From Candidatus Woesearchaeota archaeon (GTDB lineage Archaea > Nanobdellota > Nanobdellia > Woesearchaeales > WJKV01), in assembly GCA_019323355.1 (NCBI GenBank), contig JAHWHI010000036.1:1-38554 (forward strand): 38,554 nucleotides of DNA, given 5' to 3'. Shown here in pieces: positions 1 to 6,525 of this stretch; within the stretch, counting starts at the first letter, position 1, and the number at the start of each line of letters is the position of its first letter. The notes under the pieces were generated by a model, which worked only from the letters and a program-made list of their open reading frames with translations, was not told the DNA's origin and searched no databases. The position numbers were made by a program, and so were the translations under genes.

Positions 1-40
1 ATAAACAAGGTTTTGAAAAAATAGATGAGGTCAGGGGAAA

Positions 41-2977
41 ATGGTTAATGCAACATTAGAGGTCAAGAAATATTTCGCAGGAAACGGGAAAGAGCCGCAC
101 GAGAATTTTGCATGGGAGACGCGCGATGTCGAGGCAAAAGACGTAACAGGAAAACAGATTTATAATATCAAAGGGGCAGAATTTCCTTCCACATGGAGCA
201 CACTTGCAGGAAGGACTGTCGCTACAAAATATTTCTATAAAGGCGATGGAAAAGAGTATGAAGAGAAAAGCTTGAAAGATCTGGTATACCGGGTTGCCAG
301 AAGCATCTCTGCACAGGGCGTGGAAAGAGGTTATCTCAGCGAGGAGGACGGAAGAAGATTCCAGGACGAGATCGCGCGGATGAACTTTGACCAGATGCAT
401 TCCTTCAACTCACCTGTCTGGTTTAATGTCGGATTGGATCATGCTTATGGAGTTACATCAAATGCAAAGTCTCATTGGGCTATTGATGATGATGGAGGGT
501 ATAGTATTGTTGACGCGTATAACAGACCGCAGGCTTCTGCATGTTTTATCCAGTCAGTAAAAGACTGCATGGAAGATCTTATGGATCACGGAAAAAGGGA
601 AGGCATGCTTTTCAAGCTAGGTTCAGGGACTGGCACTAATTTCTCTGTTATCCGTGGGATGTTCGAACCATTGAGCGGAGGAGGGATGGCGTCAGGATCC
701 ATTTCTTTCAAAAAGATATTTGATATCCTCGCAGGAACTATCCAGGCTGCAGGAAAAACTAGAAGGGCTGCAAAGATGGTAATCCTCGACTGCGACCATC
801 CAGACGTATACAGGTTTCTCCACTGGAAGGTCTCAGAGGAGAAAAAAGGTTTATGGCTGTCAGCAAACCCTAGATGGGGGCCGTTAGACCCTACAGACCT
901 TGAAAGCGAAGCTTACAAGACAATAAGCGGGCAGAACGGAAACAACAGTATTAGGGTGACAGACAAATTTATGGAAGCTGCACTCGGCAATAGAAGCTGG
1001 GATCTGGTCAAAAGGACTGCTGACAGATTTGAAGAAGAAATAGAGGTTCCTTTGGAGGATTATCAAGATGACAGGTGCCTTCCGGACAAAAGATTTCTAA
1101 AAAGAGTGACCAACAAGAGAAAAACTGTCAATGCAAAAGAATTGCTGGAGCAGATTGCAAGAGCTGCTGCATGTGTCGGAGATCCAGGAGTTCAATATGA
1201 CGATAATATCAACAGGTGGCACACCTGTCCTAATTCAGGAAAAATAAATGCAAGCAATCCATGCTCAGAGTTCATGTTCATAGACGATTCAGCGTGCAAC
1301 CTCGCATCACTGAACCTGGCACGATTTTCAAAGACAGACAATGTCCTGGATATAGAAGCTTTTGAGCAGGCTGTAAGAACTTCTGTAATCGCGCAGGATA
1401 TACTTGTGGATTATGCTTCGTATCCGTCTGAAGTGATTGCTAGAAATTCTCACATGTTCAGGCCTTTAGGGCTAGGGTATGCAAACATCGGTGCGCTTTT
1501 GATGGAGAGAGGCATTGCATATGATTCAGAAGAAGGAAGGGCAATCGCTTCTGCAGTTACTTCATTGATGACTGCCTATGCTTATCTGACTTCTGCTGAG
1601 CTTGCAGAAAAACTCGGAGCATTCGAAGAGTTCGAGAAAAACAAGGAACCTATGCTGAAAGTCCTGGGCATGCATCACGAGGAAACAAAAAAGATAAAGA
1701 GATTTAACAGCATAAGCGGATTGAACGAACTTATTGAAGAAGCAGAGCGAATCTGGGAAGAGGCAATACAAAAAGGACAAGAGCATGGCTTCAGGAATGC
1801 GCAGACAACGCTTCTAGCACCGACAGGAACAATCGGTTTCATGATGGATGTTGACTGCACTGGCATAGAACCACTGATAGGCTTGAAATCATTCAAAGGT
1901 TATGCTGGAGGAGGCTCGGCAGAGATTCCTTTGGCTTCCTGTGTTGAGCGGGGACTGAAATGCCTTGGCTACGAAGGCGAGAAATTAAGCGCCATCCTGA
2001 AACATATCAGAGAGAACGGCACTGTCGTCGGAGCGCCTAACCTGAGAGAGGAGCATTACAGGATTTTTGCTACTGCGAGTGAAAAAGAAAACTATATTCC
2101 TGTCGACGGGCATCTTAACATGATGGCTGCTGTCCAGCCGTTCCTGTCAGGCGCAATCTCAAAGACAGTAAATCTTCCAAAAGGCGCCACTCCTGAAGAT
2201 ATAATGAACACTTATATCAAGGCATGGAAACTCGGAATAAAATCAGTAACACCATATATCGACGGATCAAAAGGTATCCAGCCTGTGAATATAATCACAA
2301 AAACTGAAGGCAACGGCCTGAAATGGGGAGATCGTGATCGGTTGGCTGAATTGAATACTCCAAGGACGGGGTATAAAGTTGTCATCAATGGAACAACAGT
2401 ACACTTCACTTTTGGAGAATATGACAACAGACCGCCGAAAGAATCCTTTGGCGATATCTTCATCGATTTTGGAAGCTCAGGCTCGCCGTTCAGCGCAGCA
2501 TACGAGAGCTGGGCAAAAGAAGTTTCAAGAGCAAGGCAGATGGGAGCGTCAATGGAGAATATAATCAAGCATAACAAAGGAGCGACAGGTGTAATCTCTG
2601 GTTTCGCAAAACATCCGTTCATCAAGAGCTGCTCCTCGATAGAGGATATGTTTGCGAAACTCTTGATGCTTGAATATCTTGGAGATACATCCATCTGTGA
2701 TGTACAGCCGACACCAGCGCAGATGAAGAATCTAAGGTGCAATGTTCTCGGCCTTGAAAGAAGGATACAGCATTTCAGTTCAAAGATAGAATTCATAGAA
2801 ACTATAATGGAAGAAGGAAAAGTGACAGGAGTCTTCCCGTTATACGAAGACTCGACAGAGAAAGGAAAGATCCCTCTTGGACAGGAATTCTGCATCATCT
2901 GCGGACACAAAACTGTTTTAAGCGGAGCGAACTGCAGGAAATGCGTGAACTGCGGCCATGCACCTGGATGCGGTTAA
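41..2977 (+). CDS. nrdJ: Ribonucleotide reductase, class II (adenosylcobalamin-dependent)
   Basis: 978-aa ORF. Class II RNR signatures are readable in the translation: SACFIQ, the NPCSEFMF active-site Cys loop, TLLAPTGTIGF, and a C-terminal CxxC...CxxC zinc ribbon (CIICGH...CRKCVNCGH). Confidence 0.9.
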   Translation: MVNATLEVKKYFAGNGKEPHENFAWETRDVEAKDVTGKQIYNIKGAEFPSTWSTLAGRTVATKYFYKGDGKEYEEKSLKDLVYRVARSISAQGVERGYLSEEDGRRFQDEIARMNFDQMHSFNSPVWFNVGLDHAYGVTSNAKSHWAIDDDGGYSIVDAYNRPQASACFIQSVKDCMEDLMDHGKREGMLFKLGSGTGTNFSVIRGMFEPLSGGGMASGSISFKKIFDILAGTIQAAGKTRRAAKMVILDCDHPDVYRFLHWKVSEEKKGLWLSANPRWGPLDPTDLESEAYKTISGQNGNNSIRVTDKFMEAALGNRSWDLVKRTADRFEEEIEVPLEDYQDDRCLPDKRFLKRVTNKRKTVNAKELLEQIARAAACVGDPGVQYDDNINRWHTCPNSGKINASNPCSEFMFIDDSACNLASLNLARFSKTDNVLDIEAFEQAVRTSVIAQDILVDYASYPSEVIARNSHMFRPLGLGYANIGALLMERGIAYDSEEGRAIASAVTSLMTAYAYLTSAELAEKLGAFEEFEKNKEPMLKVLGMHHEETKKIKRFNSISGLNELIEEAERIWEEAIQKGQEHGFRNAQTTLLAPTGTIGFMMDVDCTGIEPLIGLKSFKGYAGGGSAEIPLASCVERGLKCLGYEGEKLSAILKHIRENGTVVGAPNLREEHYRIFATASEKENYIPVDGHLNMMAAVQPFLSGAISKTVNLPKGATPEDIMNTYIKAWKLGIKSVTPYIDGSKGIQPVNIITKTEGNGLKWGDRDRLAELNTPRTGYKVVINGTTVHFTFGEYDNRPPKESFGDIFIDFGSSGSPFSAAYESWAKEVSRARQMGASMENIIKHNKGATGVISGFAKHPFIKSCSSIEDMFAKLLMLEYLGDTSICDVQPTPAQMKNLRCNVLGLERRIQHFSSKIEFIETIMEEGKVTGVFPLYEDSTEKGKIPLGQEFCIICGHKTVLSGANCRKCVNCGHAPGCG

Positions 2978-2982
2978 AAAAT

Positions 2983-3258
2983 TCAAGAATGAGCGATCGT
3001 GAAACCTTTCAGGTTTCCGATATATTTTTCTTTCTTTACTTCCACGTCCTCTACTTCTGCGCCTTGAGGACCGCGTGAACAGATGTCAATCAACTCTTCG
3101 ATATCTGCTTCATCCCCTTCAACAAGGATCTCCACTTTATCATTATCCTTATTCTTTGCCCAGCCATTTAGTTTCAGATCTTCTGCATTTTCCTTGATAT
3201 ATCTCCTGAAGAAAACTCCCTGGACAATCCCAGTGACAATGATGTGACAGCGTATCAT
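2983..3258 (-). CDS. acyP: Acylphosphatase
   Basis: 91 aa. Shows the V.G.VQGVFFR motif followed by GWAKN...VEILVEG, typical of the acylphosphatase fold. Lies directly downstream (10 nt) of the 477-aa gene on the same strand. Confidence 0.85.
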   Translation of the reverse strand: MIRCHIIVTGIVQGVFFRRYIKENAEDLKLNGWAKNKDNDKVEILVEGDEADIEELIDICSRGPQGAEVEDVEVKKEKYIGNLKGFTIAHS

Positions 3259-3268
3259 ATTCCCTCTT

Positions 3269-4702
3269 TTATTTCATCTTCAGTGTTACTGGTGAAGAAT
3301 ATACTACTTTCGCATTCTTGTTCTTGTCGAACTTTGCCTCTGCAGCCGGCAGTTTCAGGTCCCCCATGACCTTAAGTTTTGCTTTTATCTTATATGTGAT
3401 TATACGTTCGTCCTTTCCGAACATGTCCCCCAATTCCCAGGTGAGGACATCGCCTGCTTCCATTGATCTTATCTTTGTAGGTTTTATCGAACCCAGGATC
3501 TCTTTTGGAATATATGATGAGATCTTCGGGACTTTGTCGATGATACGTACATTCCTCAATGTATGGTTTGTCGCATTCTTGAAGCTAAGGACTATTTTCG
3601 CGCCAGTCAATGTGCCGTCCTCTGAGCTGAAAACCGGCTTTGCCTTCTTTGTTATGACAATGTCTGGCTTGAAGTACTGATAGACAAACACAAGAAGTAT
3701 GATTATAATTATTGCCAGCAACAGGTATCTGTAATTGTAGGTCACTGACACAATCTCGACCTGCTCTGGATATAGGTCGATTTTCCACTGGTATGCTTTT
3801 GAGACAATGCCTGCATCAGGCTCTGTAGAGCTCACCAATCTTCCAAAGAAAGAGACTGGGACACGGAAGTCTTCAGATCTCTTGACATTAGAAGGATTTG
3901 AAACAGAATAGATTGTTGTCTTCTTCAGAAAACTTTTCTCTACCTTATCATCAACCTTGAATGCGACTTCAGCTGGAATTATCTCATAGTTAAACTCTTT
4001 TGAGGTTATCACCTCATTGTCAACAAGAAGCTTGATGTAAAGAGTGTCTTCCTGTGGAAGAGTGTGCGGGCTCATGTCAAAACTGAACTTAAGGTCTGCT
4101 TTTTCATAGGGACCCATTGGCAGTGTCTTTTCTTCCTTGAAGAAGTTTGAAGAGACCTTGACAAGAACTTCTGGGATATCAAGGCTGTTCTTGTTCAGAA
4201 GATGAAGCGTAATATCAAACGGCTCGTTTGGATTGACCTGTCCAGGATATTCTGGCTGGGGCTCGACAACAACCCGCGGAAGATAGGTCACAAGATAGCC
4301 TGACGGATTGATGAGGTTCACATTAAGGTTGTTCCTGATCTTTGTTCCGTCGCCCTCAACCTCGATAATTATTGTGTGGGCTCCGTAACCTACATCTGCG
4401 CCGATCGCCCTTATCTTCAGGTCAGCTGTCTTTGACATGCCAGGCCTTAATGAGAACTCTGAATCCTTTATCGGGTCTGTGAGAACTGTCCATTTGGTTG
4501 TTATGACATTCGGAGAGGATATCCTGAAATTTATCTCACGGCTGTCATCATTCTTCACTATAAGTTTGTAGAGTGCGCTCTCGTTCTTCAGGACACGGTC
4601 CTTGACAGGGACAATGTCAACATCAAAACTCGCAGCTAAAACTACTGAGACTAGCAGCAAGAATACAAGCAGACATATCAAACTCCCTCTTAACAACTTC
4701 AA
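3269..4702 (-). CDS. Hypothetical surface or membrane protein (signal peptide, beta-rich ectodomain, one mid-protein TM helix, C-terminal domain)
   Basis: 477 aa. TTG start preceded by GGTGA 5 nt upstream. N-terminal hydrophobic signal (LICLLVFLLLVSVVLAAS). TM segment YLLLAIIIIILLVFVYQYF near residue 330. No catalytic motif recognised. Confidence 0.6.
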   Translation of the reverse strand: MKLLRGSLICLLVFLLLVSVVLAASFDVDIVPVKDRVLKNESALYKLIVKNDDSREINFRISSPNVITTKWTVLTDPIKDSEFSLRPGMSKTADLKIRAIGADVGYGAHTIIIEVEGDGTKIRNNLNVNLINPSGYLVTYLPRVVVEPQPEYPGQVNPNEPFDITLHLLNKNSLDIPEVLVKVSSNFFKEEKTLPMGPYEKADLKFSFDMSPHTLPQEDTLYIKLLVDNEVITSKEFNYEIIPAEVAFKVDDKVEKSFLKKTTIYSVSNPSNVKRSEDFRVPVSFFGRLVSSTEPDAGIVSKAYQWKIDLYPEQVEIVSVTYNYRYLLLAIIIIILLVFVYQYFKPDIVITKKAKPVFSSEDGTLTGAKIVLSFKNATNHTLRNVRIIDKVPKISSYIPKEILGSIKPTKIRSMEAGDVLTWELGDMFGKDERIITYKIKAKLKVMGDLKLPAAEAKFDKNKNAKVVYSSPVTLKMK

Positions 4703-4732
4703 GCTCTCACCCGTTCAATGATATAAGACTCG

Positions 4733-4742
4733 TTTATATAAA
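4733..4742 (-). promoter_or_regulatory. TATA box (TTTATATAAA, palindromic) upstream of the 477-aa surface protein gene
   Basis: 30 nt upstream of the TTG start at 4702. AT-rich context. Confidence 0.4.
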
Positions 4743-4797
4743 CCTTTCTTATGGTTTAAATATAAAGAATAAGAGAAAAAGAAAATAAAAAAAAGAT

Positions 4798-5409
4798 TTA
4801 TTTTTTCTTCTTTTTAGCTGGCTTCTTCTTGCCTTTCATGAAGTACCATAGCACTACCAAGATTATTACTATGATGATGATAATAATAACCCATGTTGTT
4901 GCACTCGTTCCTTTCTCCTCAACTGGAGCTGGTTCTGGTGCAGGGGCAGGTGCTGGTTCAGGAGCTGGTTCTGGTTCTGCAATACCTAGCTCTTCAGCAA
5001 CTTCCTTCTTTGCCACTTCTGAGATTGTTGCTACATCAGGTGCCGCTTCTCTCTTTTCAATATCAGTTACCTGGAAGCCTGCGTCAGCATTGTATTCTTC
5101 ATATGGAATAGGTGACTGATCATTCAGTTCAAGGCATGTTTTTTCTGCAATCCGCTGGCAGATAGCTACCTGCTCTTCTGTCCATTTAGGATCACATAAT
5201 CTTGCATAATCAAGACACGCTCTCTGTGCAAGTGCGATGTCTTCTTCTGCATCACCAGTATTGTCACAGTTTCGCTCAGCTCTCATGATTCCGACCTTTT
5301 CAGGATCACACTCGAATCTTTCGTATGCAGCTGATGCTACTATTGACATAATAACTAACATGCAAACGGTTAATAGAACCAATACACCAACTTTTTTCAT
5401 TGAATTCAC
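4798..5409 (-). CDS. Hypothetical secreted or membrane-anchored protein with Cys-rich domain, Pro/Ala/Glu linker and C-terminal TM plus poly-Lys tail
   Basis: 203 aa. N-terminal signal (VGVLVLLTVCMLVIMSIVASA), six Cys residues, the linker EPEPAPEPAPAPAPEPAP, a C-terminal TM (WVIIIIIIVIILVVLWYF) and the tail KGKKKPAKKKKK. Confidence 0.55.
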   Translation of the reverse strand: MNSMKKVGVLVLLTVCMLVIMSIVASAAYERFECDPEKVGIMRAERNCDNTGDAEEDIALAQRACLDYARLCDPKWTEEQVAICQRIAEKTCLELNDQSPIPYEEYNADAGFQVTDIEKREAAPDVATISEVAKKEVAEELGIAEPEPAPEPAPAPAPEPAPVEEKGTSATTWVIIIIIIVIILVVLWYFMKGKKKPAKKKKK

Positions 5410-5502
5410 CTCTAAATTTTTCTGATATTATTATAAATGATTGCATATATGAAAACCATTCTCAGATATAAATGTTGCGGTTTTTAAATGAAATAAACTA
5501 AG

Positions 5503-5605
5503 TGGGGTTGGGAGGATTTGAACCCCCGATCACGTGCGTTCCAGCATGCGCATCCTCTGGATGCTGTCCCCGGGCACGTATCATACCAAGCTAGACCACA
5601 ACCCC
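5503..5605 (-). tRNA. Intron-containing tRNA, tentatively tRNA-Pro(GGG), with a 29-nt intron at 37/38 (plus-strand coords 5539..5567)
   Basis: The reverse complement folds as a cloverleaf: acceptor GGGGTTG/CAACCCC, D-loop AGCTTGGTA, anticodon stem CGTGC/GCACG, T-arm GGGGG-TTCAAAT-CCTCC, discriminator A, no encoded CCA. A canonical bulge-helix-bulge can be drawn (central helix CCGG/CTGG, bulges GGA and AAC). The spliced loop reads C-C-GGG-G-C, so position 33 would be C rather than U. The isotype is therefore tentative. Confidence 0.75.
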
Positions 5606-5645
5606 GATTGTAGTGACTTAAGGATATTGACGATAAATAAAAAGC

Positions 5646-5653
5646 TTTTTAAA
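5646..5653 (+). promoter_or_regulatory. TATA-like box (TTTTTAAA) upstream of tRNA-Tyr
   Basis: 24 nt upstream of tRNA position 1 (5678). Confidence 0.4.
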
Positions 5654-5677
5654 CAGCGATTGAACCCATAGAATCAG

Positions 5678-5807
5678 CCCCGCTTAGTTCAGTGGCTAGA
5701 ACGCTCGGCTGTAGATGAATTCGCTGCTCGACTGTGTCTTTTTGACTAAGGATGACCAGCAGTCAGCCGGGACCGAGAGATCCCCGGTTCGAGTCCGGGA
5801 GCGGGGA
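5678..5807 (+). tRNA. tRNA-Tyr(GUA) with a 57-nt intron at 37/38 (5715..5771)
   Basis: Acceptor CCCCGCT/AGCGGGG gives the C1-G72 pair typical of archaeal and eukaryal tRNA-Tyr. D-arm GTTC-AGTGGCTA-GAAC, anticodon stem CTCGG/CCGAG, loop CT-GTA-GA, variable AGATC, T-arm CCCGG-TTCGAGT-CCGGG, discriminator A. The BHB is relaxed, with one U.C mismatch in the central helix. Confidence 0.88.
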
Positions 5808-5884
5808 CTTTTCTTTTCTGATTATCATATCTGCATAGCAAGAAAATCCATAAAAGTCACTATATAGGGAAAAACACCAAAACC

Positions 5885-5892
5885 TTTATAAA
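5885..5892 (+). promoter_or_regulatory. Consensus TATA box (AAACCTTTATAAATG context) in the tRNA spacer
   Basis: Shares a 15-mer with the rps6e promoter. Could drive the mini-ORF at 5917 and/or the tRNA-Asp/tRNA-Lys(/rpoH) transcript. Confidence 0.5.
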
Positions 5893-5916
5893 TGGTAGCA
5901 AGTTTTTCCAAGGAAA

Positions 5917-5982
5917 ATGCGCAAAAAACCCTTCTTAGCTGATAGACTATTAGAAACATATAGATTTCAGAGACAACATTAG
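5917..5982 (+). CDS. Candidate leaderless 21-codon mini-ORF (MRKKPFLADRLLETYRFQRQH); may be incidental
   Basis: The ATG lies 24 nt downstream of a consensus TATA at 5885..5892, which shares the 15-mer AAACCTTTATAAATG with the rps6e promoter. The TAG stop is followed by a T5 run (5984..5988). No homology recognised. Confidence 0.2.
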   Translation: MRKKPFLADRLLETYRFQRQH

Positions 5983-6032
5983 CATTTTTCATATACAAAA
6001 GATAAGGGGGGACGAGGGGAAAATCATATTGT

Positions 6033-6163
6033 GCCCTGGTGGTGTAGAGGCCTAGCATGAAGCCCTGTCGAGGTAACTTGTTACCATAGAAAGGCTTCGA
6101 CCCGGGTTCGAAAGGGCATTTAGGCTCATAATGCTTAATACCACGAAAGTCCCGGCCGGGGCG
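6033..6163 (+). tRNA. tRNA-Asp(GUC) with two introns: 21 nt at 37/38 (6071..6091) and 37 nt in the T-loop at 59/60 (6113..6149)
   Basis: Exons assemble into a 73-nt cloverleaf: GCCCTGG-TG-GTGT-AGAGGCCTA-GCAT-G-AAGCC-CTGTCGA-GGCTT-CGAC-CCGGG-TTCGAAT-CCCGG-CCGGGGC-G. G73 and anticodon GTC fit Asp. Intron 1 forms a strict hBHBh' motif. Intron 2 has a 4-bp central helix (TTCG/CGAA) flanked by 3-nt bulges AAA and AGT. Confidence 0.85.
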
Positions 6164-6171
6164 TTTTCCCT

Positions 6172-6245
6172 GGGCCGGTAGCTTAGCTCGGTAGAGCACT
6201 CGACTTTTAATCGAGTGGTCGCGGGTTCAAATCCCGCCCGGCCCA
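6172..6245 (+). tRNA. tRNA-Lys(UUU), intron-less
   Basis: GGGCCGG-TA-GCTT-AGCTCGGT-AGAGC-A-CTCGA-CTTTTAA-TCGAG-TGGTC-GCGGG-TTCAAAT-CCCGC-CCGGCCC-A. Lies only 8 nt downstream of tRNA-Asp. Confidence 0.95.
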
Positions 6246-6282
6246 TCATAATCACTTCATAAACCCACAACAAACCTTCAAA

Positions 6283-6525
6283 ATGGCCAAAGAAGATTAT
6301 CTAGAGAAACACGAGTTGATTCCCAAGCATGCAAAAATAGGGGATCGGGCAGTGAAAGAATTGCTGGAAAAATATAATATTACTAAAGCTCAACTCCCAA
6401 AGATTCTTGCTTCTGATGTTGTAATAAAAAATATGGGACTGAAAGTCGGAGATGTTCTGAAGATAGAAAGAAACAGTCCGACAGCTGGAAAGAGCGTATA
6501 TTATAGGGTGGTTGCAGATGGCTGA
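6283..6525 (+). CDS. rpoH: DNA-directed RNA polymerase subunit H (Rpo5)
   Basis: 80 aa. HELIPKH...LPKI...D.V....G.K.GDVLKIER.S.TAG.S.YYR.V is the RpoH/Rpb5 C-domain pattern. Sits at the head of the rpo operon. Confidence 0.9.
   Translation: MAKEDYLEKHELIPKHAKIGDRAVKELLEKYNITKAQLPKILASDVVIKNMGLKVGDVLKIERNSPTAGKSVYYRVVADG

Noticed and set aside
4915-4990. GCTGGTTCTGGT-type nucleotide repeat, considered as a possible CRISPR or satellite
   Set aside because: It is the antisense of the coding (P-A-P-E)n linker of the 203-aa protein. This is low-complexity coding sequence, not an array.
5709-5775. Box C/D guide sRNA inside the tRNA-Tyr intron
   Set aside because: Two GAUGA motifs exist, but no CUGA D or D' boxes, and the C-to-D' spacing would be about 23 nt rather than about 12 nt. 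The evidence is insufficient for a feature call.
5825-6273. Minus-strand ORFs 5825..6199 (124 aa) and 6052..6273 (73 aa)
   Set aside because: They run antisense across tRNA-Asp and tRNA-Lys. The GFEPAT peptide is the classic translation of a tRNA T-arm, so these are artefacts.
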